DNA from: a virus
Length of the DNA stretch: 37,439 nucleotides
Reading direction: 5' to 3' (one strand)
Virus record (IMG/VR): IMGVR_UViG_3300045988_085122
Location: 1-37,439 of that record
Shown: piece by piece, positions 15,352 through 25,892 of the stretch
Layout of the letters: every line of letters starts with the position of its first letter
How positions within the stretch are numbered: position 1 is the first letter of the stretch
Position numbers and translations under genes: made by a program
Notes under the pieces: model-generated
What the model was told of the DNA's origin: nothing
Database searches by the model: none
Seen by the model: the letters and a program-made list of their open reading frames with translations, nothing else

Positions 15352-16635
15352 TTACTGGTTTGCTAAAGTAACCAGATCCACAGCAAGAGTGCTTCCCCCT
15401 TTGCCTTCTCCAGCTTTAGCAGCATCATCATCAACATCACCTAGACTGATTTTAATTACTTTGTTTTCACTTCTCAAATACCAATCACCATATTTGTAGA
15501 AAGGCGCGGCATTCATGTAAAAATTATGCGGTATACGGACAACAATTGAATTATTGCTCGTATATTCAGCTTCATAGGGAACTAATTTAGTTAATGTTTC
15601 GCCAAATGATCCAGCACCCAAACCATCGGTTTCAGTGCCGATCGCATTTTCATAATAGAAAACAGTTGGCTTAGGATAATCTTTCTGATTGTGCACGATT
15701 GTGATCTTGTAGCCATAAAGCAAATCTTCCAAGCTGTCAGCTGTTACTATACTTGCGTTACGTTCAGCAGCCATACCATTGGTTAGCTCAATAACGTTAG
15801 TACCATCTGGAACTTCATCCTTATGTTTAACACGAATTTGCCAAACAGCCCCATGACCATCATCATAGTTATCCCAACCTTTTGTAATTGCAAGATCGCC
15901 TGCAGCTAATGGAGCATAGTTTTGCATGGCTGGAACGTCACTGAATTGCCATGCTCGGTCGTGAAATTGAGCTTGTTTCAGTGTTTCTTGGATCTGTTTT
16001 GTCATCTCTAACAGTTGGTTATAGCGAATATATAATCCATTCTTAGGATCGTTCACTTCTGCCATTGCATCGTTTAACGATTGCTTGTATTTAGCCAGCC
16101 ATTCACTAAATTCTTGGCTGTACGTTTCACCCGCCTGATCAAGCTTATCCTTGATTGTGTTGCCTCGCTTGGCTACTTGCTCAAGAATTTTTTCGAACTC
16201 ATCAATGTAATCTCTACCAGCATTCCCAACGTGTGCAAAGAACTGATCATCGATAACGTCAAAATCCATGTCAACAGTCGATGCAGTTGAACCATCTCTA
16301 CCAATAAATCTAATGTAAAATTGTTGCCAATGTCCAGGCACATTAAACGTGCGTTCATCAAAATGCAATGTTATTCGGCCTAATGCAATTTGATCATTAC
16401 GTCCATTACCTTCAACTGGGTAGATATGCTTGTGAGCGTATCCTTGATTATCTACACCGCCATACTCATATTTCCAGCTCCGCATATCAACGGGTAGACT
16501 GTTACTGGTGATATATACTGGCAAATAGTCGTCAGTGTCACCTACGCGACCTTTGAAATAACCACTAATATCTAAGATCTGGTCTTGATATCGTGTTAGA
16601 TCAAGCGTTAGGCGTGTTTTCTCTCGTAATGCCAT
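15352..16635 (-). CDS. baseplate upper protein (BppU-like) / receptor-binding complex component
   Basis: 427 aa. The N-terminus (MALREKTRLTLDLTRYQDQILD) resembles the BppU N-terminal domain of lactic-acid-bacteria siphophages; lies downstream of Tal. Confidence 0.5.
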   Translation of the reverse strand: MALREKTRLTLDLTRYQDQILDISGYFKGRVGDTDDYLPVYITSNSLPVDMRSWKYEYGGVDNQGYAHKHIYPVEGNGRNDQIALGRITLHFDERTFNVPGHWQQFYIRFIGRDGSTASTVDMDFDVIDDQFFAHVGNAGRDYIDEFEKILEQVAKRGNTIKDKLDQAGETYSQEFSEWLAKYKQSLNDAMAEVNDPKNGLYIRYNQLLEMTKQIQETLKQAQFHDRAWQFSDVPAMQNYAPLAAGDLAITKGWDNYDDGHGAVWQIRVKHKDEVPDGTNVIELTNGMAAERNASIVTADSLEDLLYGYKITIVHNQKDYPKPTVFYYENAIGTETDGLGAGSFGETLTKLVPYEAEYTSNNSIVVRIPHNFYMNAAPFYKYGDWYLRSENKVIKISLGDVDDDAAKAGEGKGGSTLAVDLVTLANQ

Positions 16636-16651
16636 TTATTTATCCCTTCTT

Positions 16652-16827
16652 TCATCGTTCATCTAAAGTGTCTTCATCGAGGCCATACGAATTCAAAAAG
16701 CCATCTACTTTGTCCTGCTTTGAAGCTAACAGTTCAAAGCCTTTTGCTATAGCTTCCCGAACATCCTTGCCATATTGGGCCTTACGAATTGTTTCAGCAA
16801 TGTTCTTCATTTCGTCGGTAGTAGCCA
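16652..16827 (-). CDS. small hypothetical protein (58 aa) in the tail module
   Basis: MATTDEMKNIAETIRKAQYGKDVREAIAKGFELLASKQDKVDGFLNSYGLDEDTLDER; ATG overlaps the Tal stop (TAGATGG). Confidence 0.4.
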
Positions 16828-16828
16828 T

Positions 16829-19123
16829 CTATTTGCCTCCTTTCAGTTTATCAACTTCAGCTTTCAATGCATCAAAGTCCGCCTGTGACACATAGCTTGC
16901 TGGAATTCTGTCGTTAATAACCGTCTGTAATTGTTTTATATCAAATTTGAGCTGTGTTACATCTTCACTGCTTGCTCCATTCTGAATGATTGTAGTAGTG
17001 CTCGATACGTTAGATTGTCCACTTGCTTGAACTTCAGCTACACGGCCAACAATAACCTTGACACGCTCTAAATCTTGACCCTGTCGGTTTGTTTCTGCCT
17101 GATAATCAGTTAATCCTAGTGACTTATCGCCAATAGTTAACGTTGATTTGTGTGGCCTCAATAGATCAATTTCCTTCTGTACAACTCGTAACAGCTGAGT
17201 TTGCGCAACATATGGGTTAATGAACATATAGCGATCAGCAACTTTAAAATGGTTGAAATTAGGCAAATCTAGTTCGATTGCACTAACTTGCCAATTTTCT
17301 GGAACTCGTTGTGCATCTATCCATGCTTTCGCTTGGTTCATTAAAACGTTAGCATCAGTTACTTCGTTAAACTCAACCGTACCACAAATAATACCGAATT
17401 CATTTTGCAAATCCGGTATATCGATATAATCGCGTCCCCCGTTGACACTAGTGATTGTCAGTTTGGGTTTAGCAGCATTTGAGTTACTAATCTCATCCTT
17501 TTTGTCCTCATCTTTAGATTGTGAACCATCGCCGCCTTTTTTTATCAGTGCTTGCGGGTCAAGCCATGTCCCATCATTCGTGAATGATTTTCTGACAGCT
17601 TCATAAAAATCGGCTTTAGTAACGCCAACGTGTAAATGACTGGTGTCTCTCCAACCAATAACATCGCCGGTTTTGACTTTATCACCAATGTTTACCCGAA
17701 TTTGTCCAGCACTGCTAAACGCCTCCTGATACACAATGTTAAAGCCATCAGTGCTATGTGTCACGACGTAGTTACCAAGGCCACCCATATAACCTTTGAA
17801 AACTACCGTGCCGCCATGAATAGCGTGTATTTCACTCCCCGGATGATCCACAGATCCAAAATCTAATCCATCATGGAACCCATTTTGTCTAAATTCACCG
17901 CCAGGATGAACGCCAAATAATTGACCGCCAGAGAAACTACCTTCACCAACGCTAGGGAACGGCCAGCCCCAGCTATTTGATGTTGTTGTCGTAGTATCAC
18001 TAACAGGCCCGTTAACTCGCCGTGTACCAGTCGGACCCCAACCGCCAGCGTGTGAGATATCAGCTAACCAATTAGAATCGTTGAACAATGCTAAAAGTTG
18101 ATGAAATCCTTTATGGATATCTTCATATCCTTGTACCTTCCAAGCGTCAAATGTTGGCTGGATGTACTGAAGTAAGCCAGTTGACGGATGGCCTGCCGCC
18201 GCATTACTATCCCAATTATTTGTAACAGTTTCACTACCACCAGACTCTTGATTGATACGCCTTAGAACAGCACTTAAACCGTTCTGATCAAGATTGACAT
18301 TCATTATCTTTGCAGCATGCTTAATTGCCTCAGTCCAATCGCCATTAATGGCGGTAGTTGCACCGCCACCAGTCGTTACTGTTGAGCTTTCACCATCAAC
18401 TTCGACCTTACTACTTTCAAGCTGTTTTCCTAAAGGTATAAGTCTAGTTATAACTTTTGTAGGATCAATCGTAAGACTTGCAGATTGCATGTTGACCGCT
18501 AACTGGATAGGCGTATCGCTCTTATGATCGTTGCCAATATCAGTTACATAGTCAAGCACATTTGGCCCGCCTGGCCTATATTCTGTTACTAGATAGCCGC
18601 CTAACTCGTTAATTAGCTTGTCTTTGATTGCATCCCGTGTTTTGGGATAATCGATTTGTCGATAAGCATCATCCTTATTGTTAGTAACGTTACAGTTACG
18701 CAGCTTAAATTGCTTATATTGTGGTACTTGACTATTATGAACATCCAGTAGCGACTGCAGAAACTCTTTTGGTTTCAATCCGACGGCTTCGTAAAACCGC
18801 TGAACGCTATCAAGCAGATATGCTTCGATATCCTCGAACGTGTATGTTCTAATAAAGTTCCCGCTTGATTGCATTTCTTTCTTTGGCTTGATTGCTCGGC
18901 CTCGAAACAACAGTTTATCATCATCATAGACTTCAACATGTGTGTGCATTGGTCTGACGTTATCAAACAACAAACTATCACGATTTACAGTGAGTTCCAG
19001 ATCATCAATATCGGTTTCTTTGATCGTCAACTTGCCTTCGCTAACCGTGCGATTAACTCGTTGATCAAGCACGATAAAACCATTCTTATCGGCAGGCTCG
19101 TTATATCCAATAATCCGATACAT
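16829..19123 (-). CDS. tal: tail-associated lysin (Tal): prophage tail endopeptidase N-terminal domain, lytic transglycosylase-like region and M23 peptidase domain
   Basis: 764 aa. M23 signature HxxxD...HLH (GFHDGLDFGSVDHPGSEIHAIHGGTVV...SHLHVGV) and an SLT-like segment NWDSNAAAGHPSTGLLQYIQPTF; lies downstream of Dit. Confidence 0.8.
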   Translation of the reverse strand: MYRIIGYNEPADKNGFIVLDQRVNRTVSEGKLTIKETDIDDLELTVNRDSLLFDNVRPMHTHVEVYDDDKLLFRGRAIKPKKEMQSSGNFIRTYTFEDIEAYLLDSVQRFYEAVGLKPKEFLQSLLDVHNSQVPQYKQFKLRNCNVTNNKDDAYRQIDYPKTRDAIKDKLINELGGYLVTEYRPGGPNVLDYVTDIGNDHKSDTPIQLAVNMQSASLTIDPTKVITRLIPLGKQLESSKVEVDGESSTVTTGGGATTAINGDWTEAIKHAAKIMNVNLDQNGLSAVLRRINQESGGSETVTNNWDSNAAAGHPSTGLLQYIQPTFDAWKVQGYEDIHKGFHQLLALFNDSNWLADISHAGGWGPTGTRRVNGPVSDTTTTTSNSWGWPFPSVGEGSFSGGQLFGVHPGGEFRQNGFHDGLDFGSVDHPGSEIHAIHGGTVVFKGYMGGLGNYVVTHSTDGFNIVYQEAFSSAGQIRVNIGDKVKTGDVIGWRDTSHLHVGVTKADFYEAVRKSFTNDGTWLDPQALIKKGGDGSQSKDEDKKDEISNSNAAKPKLTITSVNGGRDYIDIPDLQNEFGIICGTVEFNEVTDANVLMNQAKAWIDAQRVPENWQVSAIELDLPNFNHFKVADRYMFINPYVAQTQLLRVVQKEIDLLRPHKSTLTIGDKSLGLTDYQAETNRQGQDLERVKVIVGRVAEVQASGQSNVSSTTTIIQNGASSEDVTQLKFDIKQLQTVINDRIPASYVSQADFDALKAEVDKLKGGK

Positions 19124-19893
19124 TAAATCATCTCCTCACGTTTAAAGATAAACTCAATCGTGCCGTTGCCAGACAAATTGATTTTGTTATCACCAATATC
19201 AAATACTACTTGCGTTTGCTTGTAGTTGCCATCGTTTAACGATACTTCGCCAAAGCTTCCTTTTGCCTTGACATTACCAGTTACCACAAAAGACGATAAA
19301 ACCGGCCGTGAACCAATATTTTTAACATTGACGTCTTGACTGCCATTGACGTTGAACTTGACTTGTTGCCATACCCAGTGTGGGAAGAAAACATCGTCCC
19401 AATAATCAGCGCCTTCGTTGTGGTTTGTGTAAGCATACGGATATGCAGTAAACACGATTGAAGCTTCGAGTGTTTCATTGTCACTGTTATCGTTAACTTC
19501 GACACTTTTACACTTAGCCCACCAGTAGTAAGTTGGTTCGTGGGTATCGACTAGTTTATCCCAATTGTGTGGCATTAATTGCCGTTTTAGCTCTTGCTCA
19601 AAGCCTTTACGATTATAATATTTCTCGCCAACATATAGCAGTTTGTAGGTGATTTCTCGGTTGTTGAAAAAGCGTTCGTTATCAATCATTGAGAAATCGT
19701 AACTTCCTTGGCGGTAGGGCACACTTTCGGTAATTTCTTGTTCTCCTGGTGTTGGAGCTGTTCGTTCAGTTAACCACCAGCCATTCAAGCACGTATCGTA
19801 ATTGTTAAAGATAAAGCCTTCGCTTGCTATGTTTGGTTTAGCTTTCTCATCTATAGGATCAAGGTTTCTAAACTCATACTGCATCAACTCCAC
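19123..19893 (-). CDS. dit: distal tail protein (Dit)
   Basis: 256-aa ORF between the tape measure and Tal, typical position and size; 10-nt overlap with the TMP. Confidence 0.6.
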   Translation of the reverse strand: MELMQYEFRNLDPIDEKAKPNIASEGFIFNNYDTCLNGWWLTERTAPTPGEQEITESVPYRQGSYDFSMIDNERFFNNREITYKLLYVGEKYYNRKGFEQELKRQLMPHNWDKLVDTHEPTYYWWAKCKSVEVNDNSDNETLEASIVFTAYPYAYTNHNEGADYWDDVFFPHWVWQQVKFNVNGSQDVNVKNIGSRPVLSSFVVTGNVKAKGSFGEVSLNDGNYKQTQVVFDIGDNKINLSGNGTIEFIFKREEMI

Positions 19894-22800
19894 CTACCTT
19901 TCAAATTCACTCGATTCCCTAAGCGATTATCGTATCTATCGCACGTACTTCCAACAAGCACATCACCATCTAGATAGATATCCTGTTGCTTATCTGCTAT
20001 CTTCCGCAATAGACTGTTGTTCTCCTGTGCCATAGTAGTAGGACTATCAATCGTCAAGTTATCGCTAAAAGTTCCGCCAAAGCTTACTGAATGTTGTCTA
20101 TAAAGGCTTTGACTAGCACTCTGTAAAGCACTCATTGTATTCATAAAGTCCCTTGCATCCAGGCTTGGCACTGTGATTGTTTCTAAATTGCTAGATACTG
20201 CATCAGAAACTGCGCCAGCCATATTAGATACGTTTTTCTTGACCGTTTCGAATTGGTCCTGTAAGCCTTTATTGAAACCGGTCATGATTGCGATACCGGC
20301 TGGGATTAGTAATTTGCGGTCATAACTGATAGGACCTTTGTGTTCTTTGATCCAGCTTGCAATCCCAGAAACAAACGATTTAACACTCTCATACGCGGAT
20401 CTCATACCACTGAGAAAACTGTTAATTATCGCGCTACCGTTGCTGAATAGACTAATTCCTGAGGTTCCATTTTTTGCTGCATTGGCGTTCTTTCTACCTG
20501 CGCTACTAGAACCACTTATACCGTTTTCGATACCTTTGATGAACATTTTAATGAGCTTGTCGCCGGAAGATAATACTTCACCTAATGCGTATCCTACACC
20601 ATAAACGAATTGCATTACCGCTTGTAATGCTTCATCGCCAATCTGTGGTATAGCTTCAGCAAGACCTATTAGGAATTGCCCAATCAGATTAACCGCCGCT
20701 TGAATGATTTGTGACAGTCCCTGTGCTATTCCATCAATAAAGGCAACAATCAAATTAATCCCGGCTTGAATAATCGACGGTAGCTGTGCAGTTAACGTAT
20801 CCAAGAAAGCAACAATAATTAGACTAACATAAGTCACAATCATCGGTATTCCCTGCAGAACTCCTTGCAAGAAACCTTCAATAATCAATAATCCTTGTTG
20901 CATGATCATCGGTATATTTTGAGCTATTATTGCTAGAATTTGGACAAACATCTGAAGAACCGCATTAGCAATGACAGTGATATGTTGAGTGATCTGAACT
21001 ACCAATTGAGTAAGTAGGTTAGCAACTGTACTCGCAATAAGTGGCGCTGCTGCTGCAATTTGTTGAACAAAACTAGTAATCATAGACGCCAAGCCTTTGC
21101 CCATTGCTGTGAATAAAGGAACTATTGACGAGATATTTCCACTCAATTGAGAAAATGCGCTAATAAGTATCGCTAGTGACACATTAATCAATGCAATCCC
21201 AGCACCAACCATAAGGACAGCAGCACCAAAGGCAACTAATCCTACAGCACTGGCTGTTAATGCTGGACCAACTAAAGCAAACACAGCAGCCATAGCAGCT
21301 ACTGCAACAGTAACAGCCACCAGTGCTTTAATTCCAGCGGTTCCAGTAGAAGCAAATTTAGTTACAGCCAGAACAAACAGACTAAATGAAGCAACTAGTA
21401 GCGCCATTCCTGCATAAGCCATAAGCGCTTGTGGGCCCATCGAACCTATTGCTTTACCTGCTAACACAGCAACTCCAACAATTGCCGCTAAGGACGCTGT
21501 TACAGCTAATAATGCTCCTGCTCCAGCCAAACCTTGCTTGGCTAAGTTAGTTGTTGCAAATACCAATAAAGCCATGCCGGCCGTTGCTAATCCAATACCA
21601 GCACCAATTTCGAGAACTGCTGTTCCTAGTTGTAGGAAATTAGTAGAAGATTCACCAGCGGACTTGCCAGCTTTTTTAACGCTTTTACCGGTCTCATTCA
21701 TTCCAGTATTAGCTTTAGGCAATGCCCTATTCAGTAAAGGGATCTTAGTTACCAGCTTCCCAATACCTTTACCAGCGGAAATAGCTACTTTCCCAATCTT
21801 CCCAGCATGTGTGAGAAATTGACCAGTTACAGTAAGAGCAGGGCCAAGGACAGGAGCTAAACCGATAGCACCTTGAATAACCTTAGCAAAGCCACTTTTT
21901 GAGGTGTTAGCCCATGTTAGTGTCTTGTTAATCATATCTAATATAGAACCACTTATTTTATTATGCGAGCTTAGCGACGTGTTACGTAATGCTTCCCAGT
22001 TACCGCCGACTTGTTCAATCTTGGCACCAACATTTTTCTGCATTTCGTTCGCTTGCCCATTAAGGCTCTTGTTGGCTTTTTTACTTGTTCCTGCTGCTTT
22101 ATCAACAGCTTTGGACCAAGCACCCCAACTCTTAGTGGCGTCGTTTGTTTTGTTCTTCATCGCGTCCATCAAAGGCGCAATAGCCGCCATACCTGACGTG
22201 CCAAACATTTTCTTGAGTTTTTGGGTCTTTTCGTCATCACTAAGCCCCTTCATTGACTTGTTCAACTCTTGCAGAATTTGAGGGAATGGTTTCATCTTTC
22301 CTTGTGCATCAGTAAAACTAACACCCAAATCGTCCATTGTTTCTTTAGCACTTTTAGATGGAGCCAACATTTGTAGGACAGCATGGTTTAAATCTTGCGA
22401 AGCTTGTGCCGCACTGAACCCTTTATTAGTAAGTAATCCGATAGCTTCCGTTGAATCTTGCATATTTATACCGGCAAGCTTAGCCGTTCCGGAGAACGTT
22501 GCCATCGCCTGTTGCATATCCTCAACTGAGGCGTTAGACAAGTTGGCAGTTTGAACTAGAATTTCAGCTGCTTGTTGTGGAGACTTTAGTGAATCACCCC
22601 AAATGTTCATTGCTTGTTGGACAACTCCAGCCGTTGTCTGTAAATCAGAACCGGCGGCAGTTGCTGCTTGGGCAATTGCTGGGAATTGTTGCTTAATTGA
22701 GCTAATAGAAGCGCCATTACGCGCCATTTCAATCATCGCATCAGAGGCGTCTTGGGCACTAATTGGCAGATCAGCACCCATCTTATTCGCAACGTCAGCC

Positions 22801-23066
22801 AAGCCGTTGATATCCTTTGACGTACCACCTGCAACAACTGCCGCGGTATTAAGCGATTGTTGGAATTTACCAAAGCTCTTTAGCCCAGCAACACCCACAG
22901 CAGTTGTAGCAGCACCAGCAACTGTAAGCGCCTTACCAACACCGCTAAGGCTCTTTTCAATCTTTTCTCCGGCTGATGATGCAGTATCAGAAGCAGTGTT
23001 AAAAACCGAAGTAAAACCATCATCAACAGCCTGTAATACTGCTTTAACGTTGAATGATTGCGCCAT
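19884..23066 (-). CDS. tmp: tail tape measure protein
   Basis: 1060 aa; Ala/Gly-rich with long hydrophobic repeated segments and coiled-coil stretches; lies downstream of the G/GT chaperones. Confidence 0.9.
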   Translation of the reverse strand: MAQSFNVKAVLQAVDDGFTSVFNTASDTASSAGEKIEKSLSGVGKALTVAGAATTAVGVAGLKSFGKFQQSLNTAAVVAGGTSKDINGLADVANKMGADLPISAQDASDAMIEMARNGASISSIKQQFPAIAQAATAAGSDLQTTAGVVQQAMNIWGDSLKSPQQAAEILVQTANLSNASVEDMQQAMATFSGTAKLAGINMQDSTEAIGLLTNKGFSAAQASQDLNHAVLQMLAPSKSAKETMDDLGVSFTDAQGKMKPFPQILQELNKSMKGLSDDEKTQKLKKMFGTSGMAAIAPLMDAMKNKTNDATKSWGAWSKAVDKAAGTSKKANKSLNGQANEMQKNVGAKIEQVGGNWEALRNTSLSSHNKISGSILDMINKTLTWANTSKSGFAKVIQGAIGLAPVLGPALTVTGQFLTHAGKIGKVAISAGKGIGKLVTKIPLLNRALPKANTGMNETGKSVKKAGKSAGESSTNFLQLGTAVLEIGAGIGLATAGMALLVFATTNLAKQGLAGAGALLAVTASLAAIVGVAVLAGKAIGSMGPQALMAYAGMALLVASFSLFVLAVTKFASTGTAGIKALVAVTVAVAAMAAVFALVGPALTASAVGLVAFGAAVLMVGAGIALINVSLAILISAFSQLSGNISSIVPLFTAMGKGLASMITSFVQQIAAAAPLIASTVANLLTQLVVQITQHITVIANAVLQMFVQILAIIAQNIPMIMQQGLLIIEGFLQGVLQGIPMIVTYVSLIIVAFLDTLTAQLPSIIQAGINLIVAFIDGIAQGLSQIIQAAVNLIGQFLIGLAEAIPQIGDEALQAVMQFVYGVGYALGEVLSSGDKLIKMFIKGIENGISGSSSAGRKNANAAKNGTSGISLFSNGSAIINSFLSGMRSAYESVKSFVSGIASWIKEHKGPISYDRKLLIPAGIAIMTGFNKGLQDQFETVKKNVSNMAGAVSDAVSSNLETITVPSLDARDFMNTMSALQSASQSLYRQHSVSFGGTFSDNLTIDSPTTMAQENNSLLRKIADKQQDIYLDGDVLVGSTCDRYDNRLGNRVNLKGRWS

Positions 23067-23866
23067 TTAGAACCCACCCCTTTCTTTTTTAGTTCTCATG
23101 TTCCAAGGAATAATTTTTCCTTGCTTCTTAAGCTTTTTAAACTCTTTCAAGCGTTCTGCAAATAAGCTTTCGTTATCCTGCAGTGTGTTTCGCTTACTTT
23201 TAGCTTTGTAATCAGGTTCAAAGTTCCCCCTGATTTCGTCAATCATTTCGTTAGCATCAAAGAATTGGTCAAACTTCCTAAATTTAGGCTTAGGATTTTT
23301 CGAGCTACCCGTTGTGGCCTGTACTTGTTGATTAAGCCACGCTTGATAAGCTAATTCTTCGTTACGTTTGATTGTTTTGAGTTGAAATGCTTCTAAACGT
23401 ATCAGATACTCGTTAAAAGTCATCTTTTCAATCTCTTGCATGCTAACCAAGCCTAGATATGCTAAAGAGTTAAGGACTATCTCGTGATACATCTGTTCAC
23501 TTGATAATCCTGCATCTCCAGTATCTAGGCTTTGAGGTTTTTTGACACAAGCTTAGTAGCTGTACTTTCATCAATTTGCTTAAGAATATTGTCAAAATAC
23601 TTTTCTAAATCTTCAAATGAAACTTCCTTATCGATGAAAGCTTCTACATCCTTCATAGTTGGACGTGGCTTATTGTCATAACTTGCTGCATAAATTACAT
23701 TACACAATGCCACTGGGTCATATGTTTGCAATGCTGGTAATGTACGCATTAAAGCCATACCTAAAGAAATTCCGTTATTAGATACGCTTGCTACTTTGTC
23801 CAATTCACGAACAAAACGAATGCCAAAATTTAGTTCATATTCTGTGCCTTTAATTTTAATTTTCAT
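23067..23866 (-). CDS. tail assembly chaperone GT fusion, produced by a programmed -1 frameshift
   Basis: The G ORF (23525-23866) ends 4 codons after the slippery heptamer A_AAA_AAC (plus-strand gtttttt at 23537-23543). The -1 frame stays open across the G stop into the 141-aa ORF (23067-23492). Confidence 0.7.
23525..23866 (-). CDS. tail assembly chaperone G
   Basis: 113-aa ORF between the major tail and TMP genes; canonical position. Confidence 0.7.
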   Translation of the reverse strand: MKIKIKGTEYELNFGIRFVRELDKVASVSNNGISLGMALMRTLPALQTYDPVALCNVIYAASYDNKPRPTMKDVEAFIDKEVSFEDLEKYFDNILKQIDESTATKLVSKNLKA

Positions 23867-23886
23867 CTAAAAAATGCTCCTTTGAA

Positions 23887-24459
23887 TTATTCTTGTGTTG
23901 TTGCTGAACCTGTTCCACGGTCTGCATCTTTCCATGCTGTACCTTTGCCTGTTTGGTCATCACTAGAAACAACGCCTAAGCCTCTAAATACATATGCCAA
24001 TTCTTCCTTAGCACTTGCTGGCAATTCTAACCAACCACGTTGTGGTGTTCCAGTAACACTAAACTTTATTTCTCGTTTTGAATTATCATCTGGGTCGTTA
24101 TCGTTGCTGTCTTCAGTTATGGAGCCTTGAGCGTACCAAGCAAATACTTTACCTTCTGAATTCTTACGTGAAATGTTTACGATCCAAAATTCAACCTTTT
24201 CATTTTGAATTAAAGCATCGTATAGGTCATCAGAAACTTTAGAAATGTTGTTTACAAATTCAACCCCGATTTCTGTTTCTAAAGAACTTGACGTGCCAAC
24301 TGCGCCATCTTTGGTTTTAGTTGTATCACTATCGCGTTTTGGTTCGAATGATAGTGAGGTTTGATAAGGGATTAATTGTCCTTGTTCTGTTGCTGCATTC
24401 TTTAATAAACGAATATATGCTAAGGTATCCATACCTTGTAAAACTTGTGGCTTTGCCAT
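23887..24459 (-). CDS. major tail protein
   Basis: About 190 aa; position and composition fit a major tail protein. The start is probably the ATG at 24459 (RBS AGGAGA 8 nt upstream) rather than the GTG at 24468. Confidence 0.7.
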   Translation of the reverse strand: MAKPQVLQGMDTLAYIRLLKNAATEQGQLIPYQTSLSFEPKRDSDTTKTKDGAVGTSSSLETEIGVEFVNNISKVSDDLYDALIQNEKVEFWIVNISRKNSEGKVFAWYAQGSITEDSNDNDPDDNSKREIKFSVTGTPQRGWLELPASAKEELAYVFRGLGVVSSDDQTGKGTAWKDADRGTGSATTQE

Positions 24460-24472
24460 GTATATCACTCTC

Positions 24473-24865
24473 CTAGCTTAAATTAAATACAAGCGTCATT
24501 ATGCCATGATTTAACACGGTATTCGGAACGCTTGTATCTTGAATTATTTGATTGTCGCACTGGTCTATACGTAATCTAACGAATGTATCTCCCAGCCTTA
24601 CTGGTTGCATGCACTGGATAAAGATATCATTCATTATTTGAGAAACTTTGAAACGGTTCTCTCCGTCTCCCCATACGTCCACATTAGCCGTTATTTGCCC
24701 TTGTATTGCGTTTTTAGTTGTAGCCGGTAGTATTTGTACTGATCCGACTAAAACAAACGGATAAGGTGCATTTTCGCTTTCTAGTGGCAAATGGTCGTAT
24801 GTTGTATAGCCTGAATTTAATGATAATTGATAAATGTAGTCAAAAATTAATTGATCTGGTGTCAT
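24473..24865 (-). CDS. tail completion / tail terminator-like protein
   Basis: 130-aa ORF between the HK97 gp10-like gene and the major tail gene. Confidence 0.5.
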   Translation of the reverse strand: MTPDQLIFDYIYQLSLNSGYTTYDHLPLESENAPYPFVLVGSVQILPATTKNAIQGQITANVDVWGDGENRFKVSQIMNDIFIQCMQPVRLGDTFVRLRIDQCDNQIIQDTSVPNTVLNHGIMTLVFNLS

Positions 24866-24873
24866 GATTCCAC

Positions 24874-25227
24874 CTACTTAAATAAGTTGTTGAAGTCTCT
24901 GCGAAATTGTGGTTCTATCTTGCTAAACGCTGGGCCTAATGTAGGCCGTCTACTCATATAGCGAGTCCCGAATTCAAGCCAGCCGAAATACGCGCTGTGT
25001 GGTTGTACTTCTGCCTTGAATTTACTCCTTTCCAGAGTAACGCTTCGTTTGGTAGCACCGGTACTATATCCAGCCGTATAAGCACTATCCATGTTAGATT
25101 GAGTTTGATCCTGCAATCTAGCGCCATGTTTTACCACAATTTGTTCAACTTCATTTGGAAAACGTGAAACGTTTCCCTGTAATGCTGCTTTTAATTCCTT
25201 GACACCGCTAATTTTAACTCGTGCCAT
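24874..25227 (-). CDS. HK97 gp10-family head-tail joining protein
   Basis: 117 aa; the N-terminus MARVKISGVKELKAALQGNV is typical of the family. Confidence 0.65.
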   Translation of the reverse strand: MARVKISGVKELKAALQGNVSRFPNEVEQIVVKHGARLQDQTQSNMDSAYTAGYSTGATKRSVTLERSKFKAEVQPHSAYFGWLEFGTRYMSRRPTLGPAFSKIEPQFRRDFNNLFK

Positions 25228-25230
25228 ACC

Positions 25231-25539
25231 CTAATCTCCCTCCCCGACGATTAGAGTTGTCATTTTCTGTGTCTGTCGCATGGTCTGGAGCCAATATTTA
25301 GTATCAGAGTTACCAACAGTAATGAACGCCCAATTTTGATAAGGCAATTCTGAAACCCTGATGACTAGACTATTAACATCAAACTTACCAAACAATTGAA
25401 CAGCTCTGTTTGTTCCTATATCTGTAACGTTAGCCATACAGCTTCCGAGTAAATCAATCCCCCCAACATATCCATGTGTTGAAGGATCATAGTGCTTTTG
25501 GTTCTCGGAATAGAAGCTCACTAAAGTATCGAACCTCAT
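25231..25539 (-). CDS. head closure / head-tail adaptor protein
   Basis: 102-aa ORF in the connector cluster with a 4-nt overlap to its neighbour. Confidence 0.55.
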   Translation of the reverse strand: MRFDTLVSFYSENQKHYDPSTHGYVGGIDLLGSCMANVTDIGTNRAVQLFGKFDVNSLVIRVSELPYQNWAFITVGNSDTKYWLQTMRQTQKMTTLIVGEGD

Positions 25540-25892
25540 ACATCATACCTCCTGTAAGGATCAATCGTATATAACAATCCATCTGAATTGTTTCTGCGCT
25601 TGTACTCCTCAATATCGCTTTCGAATGCGTCAAAATCGTTGTTACTAAACGTGATAGACTCGCCTTCTTGAGAGTAAGACGTCATACCTTCGTTTTTAAC
25701 ACGGTTAAAACGACGTATAGCGACTTCTAAAGGCATATATGATAATTCACTAGGTATATCTTCATCAGCCTTTAAACCTAGCTTAAATCGCAATGACAAC
25801 TCTGTATTCTTAATGATTAATTGTAGAAGGCTATCAGACTCCTTGTTTTCATCTGATAGCCCCAACATGATTTTAAAGTCTGATAGTTCCAT
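25536..25892 (-). CDS. gp6-like head-tail connector protein
   Basis: 118 aa; MELSDFKIMLGLSDENKESDSLLQLIIKNTE resembles the Phage_connect_1 family; immediately downstream of the capsid gene. Confidence 0.6.
   Translation of the reverse strand: MELSDFKIMLGLSDENKESDSLLQLIIKNTELSLRFKLGLKADEDIPSELSYMPLEVAIRRFNRVKNEGMTSYSQEGESITFSNNDFDAFESDIEEYKRRNNSDGLLYTIDPYRRYDV

Noticed and set aside
19884-23070. Many plus-strand ORFs inside the tape measure gene (e.g. 20338-20604, 21538-21822, 21904-22281, 22603-23070)
   Set aside because: Antisense to a continuous 1060-aa TMP ORF; their Ala/Pro-rich low-complexity content is the mirror of the TMP codon bias.
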